Below the pieces are notes generated by a model. It ran no database searches. It worked only from the letters and a program-made list of their open reading frames with translations, and was not told the origin of the DNA. Below, in pieces: positions 51,979-62,775 of a stretch of DNA of 64,000 nucleotides; the stretch's first letter is position 1, and the number at the start of each line of letters is the position of its first letter. The stretch comes from an uncultured Candidatus Binatia bacterium (GTDB lineage Bacteria > Desulfobacterota > Binatia > UBA9968 > JAJDTQ01). The stretch lies in NCBI GenBank assembly GCA_965242525.1, contig OZ251459.1, forward strand, positions 992,001 through 1,056,000, read 5' to 3'. The translations under genes were made by a program, and so were the position numbers.

Positions 51979-52423
51979 CCTGAGGGACCTCTACCAGGAA
52001 CTGATCCTGGACCGTAACCGCAAGCCCCGGAACTTCGGCCCCCTGTCCGACGCCAACCGGAGCGCCCATGGCGTCAACCCCCTCTGCGGCGACAGGATCA
52101 CGGTCCACTTGCAGTTGGACGACGAACGGGTGGAGGACATCCGTTTCGAGGGGTCGGGCTGCGCCATCTCCATCGCGTCCGCCTCGGTCATGACGGAGAG
52201 CCTCAAGGGGCAGACCGCGAGCGCCGCCATGACCCTGTTCGAGCGTTTCCACTGGATGGTGGCGGCCAACGGTGACGCCCCGGGCGGCGTCTCGGACATG
52301 GGCAAGCTGGCCGCGTTCGCCGGTGTCCGGGACTACCCCGCGCGCGTGAAGTGCGCTACCCTGGCGTGGCACGCGCTGCGCGCGGCCCTGGAGGGCGGCG
52401 CGCGAGCCGTCAGCACCGAGTAG
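51971..52423 (+). CDS. sufU: SufU (NifU-like) sulfur transfer protein
   Basis: [19 protein letters not shown] and RVKCATL. Confidence 0.94.
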   Translation: MSDLRDLYQELILDRNRKPRNFGPLSDANRSAHGVNPLCGDRITVHLQLDDERVEDIRFEGSGCAISIASASVMTESLKGQTASAAMTLFERFHWMVAANGDAPGGVSDMGKLAAFAGVRDYPARVKCATLAWHALRAALEGGARAVSTE

Positions 52424-52452
52424 CCGTCAGGGGCGCCAGGAGGAAGCATCCC

Positions 52453-52776
52453 GTGGAGACCGTTTCGGACCGGAAGGAAATGGAGGGCCGGGTGATCGAG
52501 GCGTTGCAGACCTGCTACGACCCGGAGGTCCCGGTAAACATCCACGAGATGGGGTTGATCTACGGGGTGGAGGTGGACCCCCTCGGCAACGTATCGGTCG
52601 CCATGACCCTTACCGCGCCCAACTGCCCCGCGGCCCAGTCGCTTCCCGCGGAGGTGGAAGAGAAGGTGAGGGCCGTGTCCGGCGTGAACGAAGTCAACGT
52701 CGAGATCGTGTGGGAGCCTCCCTGGGACCCCGGCCGCATGTCGGACGCCGCCAAGCTGCAGCTTGGCATGTTGTGA
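52453..52776 (+). CDS. sufT: DUF59/MIP18 Fe-S assembly protein
   Basis: [17 protein letters not shown] and WEPPW. Confidence 0.88.
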   Translation: METVSDRKEMEGRVIEALQTCYDPEVPVNIHEMGLIYGVEVDPLGNVSVAMTLTAPNCPAAQSLPAEVEEKVRAVSGVNEVNVEIVWEPPWDPGRMSDAAKLQLGML

Positions 52777-52874
52777 CCGACGGGGGCCTCGGCGCCCCGA
52801 ATGCAAGGGGCTGCTCGCCCCTGCCGGCCGCCCCCGCGCCGGCCGCCCCTTGGCCCGGCCATCCGGAACCGAAC

Positions 52875-54356
52875 GTGGACGAGACCAACGAGCAGGACCA
52901 GATCAGGGCGCGCCGCCACAAGATGGCGAAGCTCAAGGCAGGGGGCCGCCCCGCCTACCCCAACGACTTCCGCCCCACCCACACGGTCCGGGCCATACGC
53001 GACCGCTGCGAAGCCCTGACGCAACCGGAACTGGAGGCGTTGCCCGAAGGTTTCTCGCTGGCGGGGCGCATCCGCGCCCTCCGGCCCCACGGCAAGGCCG
53101 CGTTCCTGGAGCTGCACGACGGCGCCGGGAGGTTGCAGGTGTACGCGCGCAAGGACCGGCTGGGGGAGGACGCCTACGAACTGGTCCGCTCCCTGGACGT
53201 GGGGGACATCGCGGGCGTGCGCGGACGGCTGTTCCGCACCCGCACCAACGAGCTCACCGTCGAGGCCGGGGAGGTCCGCCTCCTCAGCAAGTGCATCCGG
53301 CCGTTGCCGGAGAAGTGGCACGGCCTGAAGGACGTGGAGACGCGCTACCGGCAGCGGTACGTGGACCTGATGGTCAACCCCGAGGTCCGGGAGGTGTTCC
53401 GGAACCGGTCGCGGATCATTGCGCTGGTCCGCGGCTTCCTGGACCGGCGGGGTTTCCTCGAAGTCGAGACCCCGATGATGCAGCCCATGGCGGGGGGCGC
53501 CGCGGCCAGGCCCTTCGTGACCCACCACAACGCCCTGGACCTGGACCTCTACCTCCGGGTGGCGCCGGAGTTGTTCCTCAAGCGGCTGCTGGTGGGAGGC
53601 TTCGAGCGGGTGTTCGAGCTGAACCGCAGCTTCCGCAACGAGGGCCTCTCCACGCGCCACAACCCCGAGTTCACCATGCTCGAATTCTACCAGGCCTACG
53701 CCGACTACCGGGACATGATGGATCTCACCGAGGAGTTGTTCGTGATGCTCGCGCAAGAGGTCCGCGGGAGCCTGCGCATCCCTTGGGGCGACCACGAAGT
53801 GGACCTGGAAAGGCCCTGGCAGCGGCTTTCCCTGACCCAGGGCGTGGCCCGGTACGCCGAGGTGGAGGAAGCGGACCTGGACACGACGAAGGGGTTGCGA
53901 GAGGTTGCGGAGAAGCACGACCTGAAGCTCGATCCCAAGCTCGACTACGGCAAGCTGCTGGTGGAGTTGTTCGAGCGCCTGGTGGAGCCGCGGCTGGTCC
54001 AGCCGACCTTCGTGACGGACTACCCCCAGGAGGTCTCGCCCCTGGCGCGCCGGAACGACTCGCGCCCTCGTTTCGTCGATCGCTTCGAGCTCTTCATCGG
54101 CGGAAGGGAACTGGCCAACGCGTTCTCCGAGCTGAACGATCCGGACGACCAGCGGCAGCGGTTCGAGCAGCAGGCCGCGGCCCGGCGCGCCGGGGACCAT
54201 ACGGCCTGCGAGGTGGACGAGGATTACCTGCGCGCGCTGGAGTACGCCATGCCCCCGGCCGCGGGAGAAGGCGTCGGCATCGACCGGCTGGCCATGCTGC
54301 TCACCAACTCCTCCTCCATCCGGGACGTGATCCTGTTCCCGCTCCTGCGCTCCTGA
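52875..54356 (+). CDS. lysS: Lysine-tRNA ligase (class II)
   Basis: [26 protein letters not shown] and GIDRL. GTG start is inferred. Confidence 0.96.
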   Translation: MDETNEQDQIRARRHKMAKLKAGGRPAYPNDFRPTHTVRAIRDRCEALTQPELEALPEGFSLAGRIRALRPHGKAAFLELHDGAGRLQVYARKDRLGEDAYELVRSLDVGDIAGVRGRLFRTRTNELTVEAGEVRLLSKCIRPLPEKWHGLKDVETRYRQRYVDLMVNPEVREVFRNRSRIIALVRGFLDRRGFLEVETPMMQPMAGGAAARPFVTHHNALDLDLYLRVAPELFLKRLLVGGFERVFELNRSFRNEGLSTRHNPEFTMLEFYQAYADYRDMMDLTEELFVMLAQEVRGSLRIPWGDHEVDLERPWQRLSLTQGVARYAEVEEADLDTTKGLREVAEKHDLKLDPKLDYGKLLVELFERLVEPRLVQPTFVTDYPQEVSPLARRNDSRPRFVDRFELFIGGRELANAFSELNDPDDQRQRFEQQAAARRAGDHTACEVDEDYLRALEYAMPPAAGEGVGIDRLAMLLTNSSSIRDVILFPLLRS

Positions 54357-54358
54357 CC

Positions 54359-55603
54359 ATGCGGTACGAGTTCTTCGTGGGGTTGCGCTACCTCCGGGCC
54401 CGGCGCAGCGAACGCTTCATCTCCCTGCTCACCGTCATCGCCGTCCTCGGGGTGATGATCTCGGTGGTGACCCTCAACGTGGTGATCGCGGTGATGACCG
54501 GGTTCGAGGAAGTGTTGCGGGACCGGCTCCTGGGCCTCAACTCGCATATCCTGCTGGTCAAGCCGGCGAGTTACCTCACCGGATACGAGGGGCTCGCCCG
54601 GCGGCTGGAAAGGAGGGAAGACGTCACCGCGGCGGCTCCGTCCCTCAACGGGCAGATCATCCTCACCTCCGGGAACCGGGTGTCCGGCGCGGTGGTGCGC
54701 GGCATCGACCCGAACCGCTCCCACGTGGAGATCGACGAATACCTGAAGCAGGGGACGCTGCGGGACCTCACGCTGCGGACGCAGGTGCAGGTGGACGGCC
54801 GGGACCTGAACCTGCCCGGCGTCATCATCGGCGACCGGCTCGCGGAGCAACTCCGGGTGGACCGGGGCGACCCGGTGCAGGCGGTGTCCCCGGTGGGCAG
54901 CCCCACCGCGGTGGGGATCATCCCGCGCATCCGGCGGTTCGCGGTGGCCGGCATCTTCGATTCGGGCATGCGCGAATACGACAGCGGCCTGGTCTTCATG
55001 GGCCTCGGCGACGCCCAGGGGTTCTTCGGCGTTGCCGACGTGGCCACCAGCATCGAGATCACGGTGGCCGACGCGGCCCGTGCGCGGAGCATCGCCGACC
55101 GCATCCAGGAGGCGGTGGGGTCCGGGTACCGGGTGGAGGACTGGACGCGCCTTTGGCCCAACCTGTTCGCGGCCTTGCGCCTGGAGAAGACCGTCTATTT
55201 CCTGGTGCTGCTGCTGATGGTGCTGATCGCCGCGTTCAACATCGTATCGACCCTCATCATGGTGGTGATGGAGAAGCGCAAGGACATCGCGGTGCTGCGC
55301 TCCCTGGGCGCGTCCCGCGGCGGCGTCCGATGGATATTCCTCCTGAACGGATGGATCATCGGCGCGGTGGGCACCCTGTTGGGGGTGGTCCTGGGCTACC
55401 TCCTGGCCCGCTTGATCCAGACCTACCAGTTCATCGAGCTCCCGGACGACGTGTTCCTGGTCTCCACCGTTCCGGTGAGCATCTCGCCCCTGTACTTCGC
55501 GCTGGTGGGGCTGGCGTCGTTGGCCATCTGCTGCCTCGCCAGCATCTATCCCGCGCGGCAGGCGGCGAAGCTGCATCCCGTGGACGTGATCCGTTACGAG
55601 TAG
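54359..55603 (+). CDS. lolC: Lipoprotein-releasing ABC transporter permease LolC/E
   Basis: GLRYLR, AVMTGF, AAFNIVSTL.M.V.EK..DIA.LR.LGA and YPARQAA. Confidence 0.92.
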   Translation: MRYEFFVGLRYLRARRSERFISLLTVIAVLGVMISVVTLNVVIAVMTGFEEVLRDRLLGLNSHILLVKPASYLTGYEGLARRLERREDVTAAAPSLNGQIILTSGNRVSGAVVRGIDPNRSHVEIDEYLKQGTLRDLTLRTQVQVDGRDLNLPGVIIGDRLAEQLRVDRGDPVQAVSPVGSPTAVGIIPRIRRFAVAGIFDSGMREYDSGLVFMGLGDAQGFFGVADVATSIEITVADAARARSIADRIQEAVGSGYRVEDWTRLWPNLFAALRLEKTVYFLVLLLMVLIAAFNIVSTLIMVVMEKRKDIAVLRSLGASRGGVRWIFLLNGWIIGAVGTLLGVVLGYLLARLIQTYQFIELPDDVFLVSTVPVSISPLYFALVGLASLAICCLASIYPARQAAKLHPVDVIRYE

Positions 55604-55609
55604 CCGCGC

Positions 55610-56332
55610 GTGTCGTTCCTGGTGGAAATACGGGGACTCGGGAAGTCCTACGTGGGCGGCGACAAGAGGGTGGACGTGTTGACGGACCTGGACCTGGCCT
55701 TGCGTCAGGGAGAGCGGCTGGCCATCATCGGCGAGTCCGGCGTCGGCAAGAGCACCCTGCTGTACATCATCGGCACCCTCGACCGGCCGGACCGGGGCGC
55801 CGTGTGCTACGAGGGGGTCGATGTGGCCACCTGGAGCGACGACGAAGTCTCCCGGTTCCGCAACCGGGCCATCGGCTTCGTGTTCCAGTTCCACCACTTG
55901 CTGCCGGACTTCACCGCCCTGGAGAACGTCATGATGCCCGCCCTCATCGCGCGATGGGACCGCGCCAGGGCCCGGGAGTCCGCCCGGGAGCTGCTGGAGA
56001 CCGTGGGACTCGCGCCGCGGTTGACGCACCGTCCCGGGGAGTTGTCCGGGGGAGAGCAGCAGCGGGTGGCCATCGCCCGTTCCCTCGTCCTCGGGCCGCG
56101 GCTCATGCTGGCCGACGAGCCCACCGGCAACCTCGACCCCGCGGCCGCAGGCGAGGTGGAGGACCTGCTCTGCCGCCTCAACGAGACCCGCGGCCTGGGT
56201 CTCATCACCACCACCCACAACCGGCAGTTGGCCGGGCGCATGAGCCGGCAGTTGGAGCTGCGCGACGGCCGGCTCTTCCCCGCGGCGGACCGGGCGGGGA
56301 GGGACGCAGGCCGCCGGGGACCGCCCCCGTGA
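55610..56332 (+). CDS. lolD: Lipoprotein-releasing ABC transporter ATPase
   Basis: [23 protein letters not shown] and DEPTGNLD. Confidence 0.93.
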   Translation: MSFLVEIRGLGKSYVGGDKRVDVLTDLDLALRQGERLAIIGESGVGKSTLLYIIGTLDRPDRGAVCYEGVDVATWSDDEVSRFRNRAIGFVFQFHHLLPDFTALENVMMPALIARWDRARARESARELLETVGLAPRLTHRPGELSGGEQQRVAIARSLVLGPRLMLADEPTGNLDPAAAGEVEDLLCRLNETRGLGLITTTHNRQLAGRMSRQLELRDGRLFPAADRAGRDAGRRGPPP

Positions 56333-56449
56333 GCGGCGCCGCTCCCGGCTGCGCGCTCTACCCGGATTCCCCGCCGGATGAGAGGGGGACCCTCTGGCAG
56401 TGGCCAACCCCGCGGATGGATGCTATGCACATGGCTGGAACAGCCAAAG

Positions 56450-56543
56450 GAAAAGCGCGTCCTTCGACTTCGCTACGCTACGCTCAGGACGAACGGGGCA
56501 ATTGTTCAGGGTTTCCCTTACCCACACGAAAGCCGGAAGAGCC
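56450..56543 (+). repeat. Family A core plus right TIR, followed by a family C-like TIR
   Basis: Core...AATTGTTCAGGGTTTCC, then CCCACACGAAAGCCGGAAGAGCC. Confidence 0.72.
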
Positions 56544-56562
56544 GGAAAAGCGAATGGAAAAG

Positions 56563-56577
56563 CCCCCCCCCCCCCCC
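56563..56577 (+). repeat. Poly-C15 tract inside a short upstream ORF (56554-56781)
   Basis: ATGGAAAAG-C15-AGTGAA read directly. Confidence 0.85.
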
Positions 56578-56642
56578 AGTGAAACAGGCAGTCTGCTCAT
56601 CGGCACGCCAGCACTCGATGTTCCTGTTCCGGCCCTTCCGTT

Positions 56643-56673
56643 GATGGATTCCCGCTTTCGCGGGAATGACGAG
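56643..56673 (-). repeat. dRS3-like family B repeat
   Basis: GATGGATTCCCGCTTTCGCGGGAATGACGAG. Confidence 0.8.
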
Positions 56674-56777
56674 GCGGGCGCCTCGAACATCCCCTCATTT
56701 TTGAGGATTCGAATTCGGGGAGGGTTCGACCCCGTTCGACCTCGGGCGCTTCGGATCAACCAGCAAGGAGACTTCAC

Positions 56778-58484
56778 ATGATCTCAACCAAAGACCATTT
56801 CCATCCGGAAACCTCCCGAACTCCCGCCTTGAACCGAAGCAAGGAGGATTCGACCCCATTTGGCCCCAAGAACTTCGGATTAAATCCCGCCTTCTGCAGA
56901 GGTCTTCGGACAATGATCCCCGTTCGTCTTGAGCGTAGCAACCCTCCCGTTCGTCCTGAGCGTAGCGTAGCGAAGTCGAAGGACGCCCTTTTCGTCCTCG
57001 CAACCGTCCTGATGATCGTGGCCCTGGCCGGCTGCGGCGGCGGCGGCAAGACCGCGGCGCTGCCCACGCCTGTTGCCATAGAGGAATTGCCTCGGGGTAG
57101 TATGCTGGAACCGGGCACGATCCTTCCGGGTATGAGCCGGACGCTCCAGAATGCCGACGGCACGAGGACCGTCGTTACGTGCCCGGATGAAGGCGATGCC
57201 TGCGTCGTCACCCTTGGCCCGGACGGCGCCCCCCAATCCACCGGCGGCACGCTCACGGTAACCACGTACACCACCCTGTACCTGCCGAGTGGTCATACCC
57301 TGACCGAAGGCACGATCCTTGCCGGTGAGAGGCGGCCGATAGGCTATTCCAGGGGCAGGAGCTACGACCTCGCGTGCCCGTTGGACGGCGAGGACTGTGA
57401 GATCATCCTTGGGGAGTACGACTTCGAATCCACGGGCGGCATGCCTTACCTCGATGTGGCCGCGAGCAACGAGATGGTCTGGCAGGCCAACAACGGCCCT
57501 GACGGGACTTCGAACGGAGCCCATGCCAGAGGCCTCGAAGCGAGGCTGCTGTTGGGCAACTCCCTCAACCCCCTGTACGGAGCAGGGGACGCAGGGGACG
57601 CCAGAAGGCACGGGGCAATCGTGACGAACACCAAGAGCCTCGCATCGGATACCCGTCGGACGGTGAACGCCTCCGCAAGCTGGGCCAGCAGCGACGCCGA
57701 GCCGACGTTGGGGTTGACCGTGTCGGACACGGGGGCCAACACCTTCTCGGTTGACGGGGACAGTGACGTCCCCAGCCTCGGAACGGGTTGGAACGGCGCG
57801 GCGCTGAGCAAAACCATCCCTGTTGGCGGAAGCACCGCGCATGCCGTCCTCTACTCGAACATCGAGAAGCAGCCTGACGGGGGAAACGCGGACGCATACT
57901 ACCTGGTCTTCGGAGCATGGCTGTCGTTGCCCGACGACCCCGCGTCCGCAGCACCCAGTGACTTGGGGGTCTTCGCGAACGGCTATTCATCGAATCCGGT
58001 CACCATAGGCCAAGTCATGAACCAGGCCGGCACGGCCACGTACAGAGGTCCGGCAACCGGTCTCTATTCGACGGCTACCTACACGGGCTCGGGCGGCTCA
58101 CGCACGCTGCAAAGCGCAAAGGTCGGCTCCTTCACCGCAAGAGCCACCATCCGGGTGAACTTCGGCGCCGGCATAGGGTCCTTCAACTCGGTGAGTGGAA
58201 ACGTCGCCAATTTCATGGAGAACGGCGAACCCCTCGGTAATTGGACGCTGAACTTCAACAGTACGTCCTCCCGCGACAGCTCCAGTCCAGCCATCTTCGT
58301 CGGCGCCGCTCGCGGTCAAGCGGACGGCCGCAGTTTTTCGGAGGGACGGTGGGGGGTCCAGTTCTACCGGGAATCGACCAGCGGCCATCCGGACTCGGCC
58401 GTGGGGACCTTCACTGCGTCCACCGCCGCTTCGAACAACGACGCCATGCGCTTGGCCGGCGTGTTCGGCGCCGACCGCCAATGA
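56778..58484 (+). CDS. Surface lipoprotein with a TbpB-like C-terminal beta-barrel (alternative start 56913)
   Basis: Lipobox LAGC followed by GGGG; two CPxxGxxC modules; ATYRGPATG...GSFTA...VNF...WGVQFY...GVFGA. Confidence 0.75.
   Translation: MISTKDHFHPETSRTPALNRSKEDSTPFGPKNFGLNPAFCRGLRTMIPVRLERSNPPVRPERSVAKSKDALFVLATVLMIVALAGCGGGGKTAALPTPVAIEELPRGSMLEPGTILPGMSRTLQNADGTRTVVTCPDEGDACVVTLGPDGAPQSTGGTLTVTTYTTLYLPSGHTLTEGTILAGERRPIGYSRGRSYDLACPLDGEDCEIILGEYDFESTGGMPYLDVAASNEMVWQANNGPDGTSNGAHARGLEARLLLGNSLNPLYGAGDAGDARRHGAIVTNTKSLASDTRRTVNASASWASSDAEPTLGLTVSDTGANTFSVDGDSDVPSLGTGWNGAALSKTIPVGGSTAHAVLYSNIEKQPDGGNADAYYLVFGAWLSLPDDPASAAPSDLGVFANGYSSNPVTIGQVMNQAGTATYRGPATGLYSTATYTGSGGSRTLQSAKVGSFTARATIRVNFGAGIGSFNSVSGNVANFMENGEPLGNWTLNFNSTSSRDSSSPAIFVGAARGQADGRSFSEGRWGVQFYRESTSGHPDSAVGTFTASTAASNNDAMRLAGVFGADRQ
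56918..56986 (-). repeat. Family A core (1.5 copies) inside the lipoprotein signal-peptide region
   Basis: CCCGTTCGTCTTGAGCGTAGC...CCCGTTCGTCCTGAGCGTAGCGTAGCGAAGTCGAAGGACGC. Confidence 0.8.
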
Positions 58485-58520
58485 AGCGGGTCGCCCTTCC
58501 TTCCCTCGAAGGCCCCGCCT

Positions 58521-58603
58521 CGTCATTCCCGCGCGACGAAACCGGATTCCCGCTTTCGCGGGAATGACGGAGGCGAGGCGTCTGCGGGAATGACGAGGCG
58601 GGG
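58521..58603. repeat. Cluster of dRS3-like family B repeats
   Basis: CGTCATTCCCGCG...GGATTCCCGCTTTCGCGGGAATGACG...GCGGGAATGACG. Confidence 0.78.
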
Positions 58604-58796
58604 GCGTCTGCGACGCCAAACCGAGGACGGCATGTTCGGCCTGCACGGAGTTCCCCGCAAGGCCGAAATTCGAACTCGCCCAACCTGCCTGCCGCGGACC
58701 GGGCGGCGGGTCCGGGTTTACAACGGTGCGGGAACTTGTTAGCAGAACGGGGGAGACCCGTGTCTTTCCCGTGTACCGACCGTGTGGACCACTGAC

Positions 58797-61169
58797 ATGA
58801 GAATCGTGGCGGCCGTGGCGACCTGCCTGTGCTGGTTGGCGGGATGGCAGGGGCTCGCCCTGTCGGCCTCCCTCGTCAGCGAAGTCCGTGTGGAAGGCAG
58901 CCTGAGGGTCGAAGAAGACGCCATCCGGTTGAACATCGAGTCCCGGCAGGGCCGACCCTTCGACCGGGAGACCGTGGACCGGGACGTCAAGGCCATCTAC
59001 CGGATGGGTTTCTTCGACGACGTGACGGTGGACTTCTCGGACGACGGGATACTCACCTATACGGTCCGGGAACGTCCGTACGTCAAGCAGGTGGAGATCT
59101 TCGGCAACGACAACGTGGCCACCGAGGACATCGAGGCGGCCCTCGGCGTCCGGCCCCGGACGGCTCTGGACGGGGCGCGGCTCCAGGAAGGGCTGCAACG
59201 GGTCCTGAGGCTCTACGGCGAAGCCGGGCACGTCAACACCCGGGTGGACTATGCGCTGTCTCCCCTGGAGAACAACCAGACCATCGTCACCCTGACCGTG
59301 GTCGAGGGCGAGACCCTGCGCATCAGGACCGTCTCCTTCGAGGGGAACGGCGCGTTCTCGGACGACGAGCTCAAGGACGTCATGGCCACCACGGAGCAGT
59401 GGACCTTTCCGTTCTTCGGCCGGGGCTGGCTCGACCCGGACGTCCTGGCCAACGACGTCACCAAGCTGTCGTTCTTCTACAGCGACAACGGTTTCGTGGA
59501 CGTCAAGGTCGACGAACCCATCGTCCTGACGCGGCGCGACGGGCTGGAAATCGTCGTCCGCATCCAGGAAGGCGAGCGTTACCGGATCGGCGAGGTGCAG
59601 CTCGGCGGCGACCTCGGGCGCAAGCCGGAGCGGCTGCTGGAGCACGTGTCGGTGACCTCGGGCCAGATCTTTCGCAGCAGTCGGCTGCTGAACGACCAGG
59701 CCGCCCTCGAACGGCGGTACGCCGACCGCGGGTTCGCTTTCGTGGAGGTCGAGCCGCTGACCCGGACGGACCGCGAGGAACGCCTCGTGGACGTGACCTT
59801 CATGGTCAACCGCGGACCGGTGGTGTACGTGGACCAGGTGAAGATCGCCGGGAACGTCAAGACCGTGGACAAGGTGATCCGCCGGGAGTTGGAGGTGGCC
59901 GAGAAGGAACGGTTCTCTTCCGACGAGATCCGCGAGAGCCGGAACGCCCTGCTGCGCACCGGATTCTTCAAGGACGTGACCGTGACCACGGAGAAGGACG
60001 AGGATCGGGAGGACCGGATCGACGTCCTGGTCGACGTGGAAGAAGCTCCCACCGGGGTGTTCAGCATTGGGGTCGGGTACAGCACCGCAAGCTCCTTCTC
60101 CTTCCAGACGTCCCTGGAGGAGAGGAACCTGTTCGGGACCGGCCGGCAGGTATCTGCGGACTTCAAGATCAGCAACGTCGATCAGGACATCGTCCTCGGC
60201 CTGGTGGAGCCCCGGGTCTTCGGCAGCCGCGCCGACCTGGGCTTCGACCTCTTCCACACCACCTCCGAGTTCAGGACCTGGACCAACCGGAGGAGCGGGA
60301 TGGCCAGCCGCGTCAGCATACCGCTGCGGTACGTCCACCTGCCTTTCGTCGGCCGCCACGTGGACCGCAGGCGTCGGGAGGACCCGGACTTCGACGACGA
60401 ACCGCGCTTCTCCATACTGGACCACCTCCACGGGGGCCTCGGCTACACGTTGTTCCGCAGCAAGATCACGGACGTGGACGAGGACGCTCCGTCGGGCATC
60501 CGGCCCGGCAAGTCCATTACCAGCGCGGTCACGCCGAGACTGTGGTATGATACCCGCAACCACTTCTTCACGCCCACCGAGGGGACCCACTCGGTCCTGT
60601 CCGTCAAGTTGGCCGGGTTGGGAGGGGACACCCGGTTCATGCGCACCGACGCGTCCGTGACGCGGTACTTCCCGGTGTTCCGGAACGCCACCGACTTCGA
60701 GTGGGCGCAGAAGATCGCGTTGATGGTGGGCGGGCGAATCGGCTATGGGGCGAGCTGGACCCGCGACGAGCTGCCGCTGTTCGAGCGCTACTTCGTGGGC
60801 GGCATCGGTTCGGTGCGCGGGTTCGAGTACCGCACCCTGGGTCCGCGCAGGTGCCCGGACGCCCAGCCGGATTGCACCGACCCGGAAGTGGTGGGGGGCA
60901 ACAAGCAACTCATCCTGAGAACGGAGCTCCACTTCCCGATCCTGGACCAGTGGGGACTCAGGGGCGCCCTCTTCCTCGACCAGGGGCAGGCCTTCGGGCC
61001 GTCGGAGAACATCGCCATCGAGGATCTGAAACGGTCGGCGGGGGTGGCGGCCCAGTGGCTGTCGCCCATCGGCCCGGTCAAGTTGAGTTGGGGGTTCCCC
61101 CTCAACGCCGACGCCTCCGACCACAAGGAGTTGCTGGGGTTCACCATTGGCAGGGTCGGCGAATTCTGA
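58797..61169 (+). CDS. bamA: Outer membrane protein assembly factor BamA
   Basis: POTRA repeats (GFFDDV, GNVKTVDKVIRRE), VRGF motif and WLSPIGP. Confidence 0.95.
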   Translation: MRIVAAVATCLCWLAGWQGLALSASLVSEVRVEGSLRVEEDAIRLNIESRQGRPFDRETVDRDVKAIYRMGFFDDVTVDFSDDGILTYTVRERPYVKQVEIFGNDNVATEDIEAALGVRPRTALDGARLQEGLQRVLRLYGEAGHVNTRVDYALSPLENNQTIVTLTVVEGETLRIRTVSFEGNGAFSDDELKDVMATTEQWTFPFFGRGWLDPDVLANDVTKLSFFYSDNGFVDVKVDEPIVLTRRDGLEIVVRIQEGERYRIGEVQLGGDLGRKPERLLEHVSVTSGQIFRSSRLLNDQAALERRYADRGFAFVEVEPLTRTDREERLVDVTFMVNRGPVVYVDQVKIAGNVKTVDKVIRRELEVAEKERFSSDEIRESRNALLRTGFFKDVTVTTEKDEDREDRIDVLVDVEEAPTGVFSIGVGYSTASSFSFQTSLEERNLFGTGRQVSADFKISNVDQDIVLGLVEPRVFGSRADLGFDLFHTTSEFRTWTNRRSGMASRVSIPLRYVHLPFVGRHVDRRRREDPDFDDEPRFSILDHLHGGLGYTLFRSKITDVDEDAPSGIRPGKSITSAVTPRLWYDTRNHFFTPTEGTHSVLSVKLAGLGGDTRFMRTDASVTRYFPVFRNATDFEWAQKIALMVGGRIGYGASWTRDELPLFERYFVGGIGSVRGFEYRTLGPRRCPDAQPDCTDPEVVGGNKQLILRTELHFPILDQWGLRGALFLDQGQAFGPSENIAIEDLKRSAGVAAQWLSPIGPVKLSWGFPLNADASDHKELLGFTIGRVGEF

Positions 61170-61197
61170 CCGGCCCGCAGGTCTCAGGGAGGTTACG

Positions 61198-61719
61198 GTG
61201 GTTCGAGCATTCATGGCCGTGTTGTCGTTGGCGTTGCTGACGGTCCCCGCCTGGGGCCAGGAGCTCAAGGTCGGCTTCGTCAGCCTCCAGAAGGCCATCA
61301 GCGAGTCGAAGAGCGGACAGAGCGCCCGGGAGAGCTTCCAGACCGCCATCAAGGAAAGGCAGGAGGCGCTGTTGAAGGAGAAACAGGCCATCGAGAGCAG
61401 GCGGAAGGACCTGGAGAAGCAGGCCGTCCTGATGAAGGAGAGCGAGCGCGCCAAAGCCCAGCGGGAGTTCCAGCTCCGCGTGCGCGATTACGAACGCAAG
61501 ACGAGGGACATGCGCGAGGAACTGGCCCTCCGGGAACAGGAAGTGACCAACTCGATCCTCAAGGACCTCCAGAAGGTCATCGCGGAGGTGGGGAAGACCG
61601 GAAGGTTCACCATGATCCTCGAACAGGGCCAGTTGCTCTACACCGACAAGGGCATCGACATCACCGACGAAGTGATCCGGCTCTACAACGAGCGCTTCCA
61701 GAACGACAAGGAGAGGTGA
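61198..61719 (+). CDS. skp: OmpH/Skp periplasmic chaperone
   Basis: Signal peptide, KVGFVS, coiled coil and DITDEVI; synteny with bamA and lpxD. Confidence 0.92.
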   Translation: MVRAFMAVLSLALLTVPAWGQELKVGFVSLQKAISESKSGQSARESFQTAIKERQEALLKEKQAIESRRKDLEKQAVLMKESERAKAQREFQLRVRDYERKTRDMREELALREQEVTNSILKDLQKVIAEVGKTGRFTMILEQGQLLYTDKGIDITDEVIRLYNERFQNDKER

Positions 61720-62771
61720 CGGCCTCGGGCAGACCACTTGCCGACCTGGCCGAGATGGTCGGCGGACGGGTTGTCGGCGATCCCCGCGTGATCATCGAAG
61801 GGGTGTCCTCCATCGACGAGGCCGGCCCCGGAGACATCACCTTCCTCGGCCACCCGCGGTACCGGAAGCACCTGGCGTCGTGCGCGGCGAGCGCGGTGAT
61901 CGTGGGCCCGGGGGCGTGGAGCGGGACCCCCTCGAACCTCCTCCAGGTGGACGACCCCTACCGCGCGTTCGCCCGTGTCCACGGGTGGTTCCATCCCCCC
62001 GCCGCACACGAACCCGGCATCAGCCCCCTGGCCTTCGTGGACCCCGCCGCGTCGGTGGGACCGGACGCCGCCGTCTATCCGCACTGCTACGTGGGGAGGG
62101 GGGCCCGGGTCGGGGAAGCCACCGTGCTCATGCCGGGGGTGGTCATCGGCGCGGACGCGCGGCTCGGCAAGCGCTGCGTGCTGCATCCCAACGTGACGGT
62201 AGGGGAGCGCTGCCGCATCGGCGACGGCGTCGTGCTCCACGCGGGCGTGGTCATCGGAAGCGACGGGTTCGGCTATGCCGGCCAGGGTCCCGGACGGGTC
62301 AAGGTGCCCCAGGCCGGCATCGTGGAAGTGGCGGACCACGTGGAGGTGGGCGCCAACACCACCGTGGACCGGGCCACCATCGGGAGCACCCGCATCGGCG
62401 CCGGCACGAAGATCGACAACCTCGTGCAGGTGGGGCACAACGTCGTCATCGGCGAACGCTGCCTGATCGTCGCCCAGACGGGCATCGCGGGCAGCGCGGT
62501 GGTGGGGGACGACGTGGTCCTGGCCGGGCAGGCGGGCGTCAAGGACCACGTGGAGGTGGGGAGCCGCTCGGTCATCGGGCCCAGGTGCGGGGTGACCCAG
62601 CCGGTCCCGCCGGGGTCGGTGCTGTCCGGGTTGATCCCGGTGGCCCCCCACAAGCAGTGGCTCCGGGTCATGGGGTTGCTGCCGAAGCTGCCGGCCCTGT
62701 GGCAGCGGGTCCGGCGGCTCGAGCGAACGGTCCACGGGCCCGCATCCCGGGGAGACGAGGGAGGCTCGTAG
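61716..62771 (+). CDS. lpxD: UDP-3-O-acylglucosamine N-acyltransferase
   Basis: IGSDGFGY, VEVGANTTVDR and KIDNLVQVGHN. Confidence 0.96.
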   Translation: MTASGRPLADLAEMVGGRVVGDPRVIIEGVSSIDEAGPGDITFLGHPRYRKHLASCAASAVIVGPGAWSGTPSNLLQVDDPYRAFARVHGWFHPPAAHEPGISPLAFVDPAASVGPDAAVYPHCYVGRGARVGEATVLMPGVVIGADARLGKRCVLHPNVTVGERCRIGDGVVLHAGVVIGSDGFGYAGQGPGRVKVPQAGIVEVADHVEVGANTTVDRATIGSTRIGAGTKIDNLVQVGHNVVIGERCLIVAQTGIAGSAVVGDDVVLAGQAGVKDHVEVGSRSVIGPRCGVTQPVPPGSVLSGLIPVAPHKQWLRVMGLLPKLPALWQRVRRLERTVHGPASRGDEGGS

Positions 62772-62775
62772 CGAG

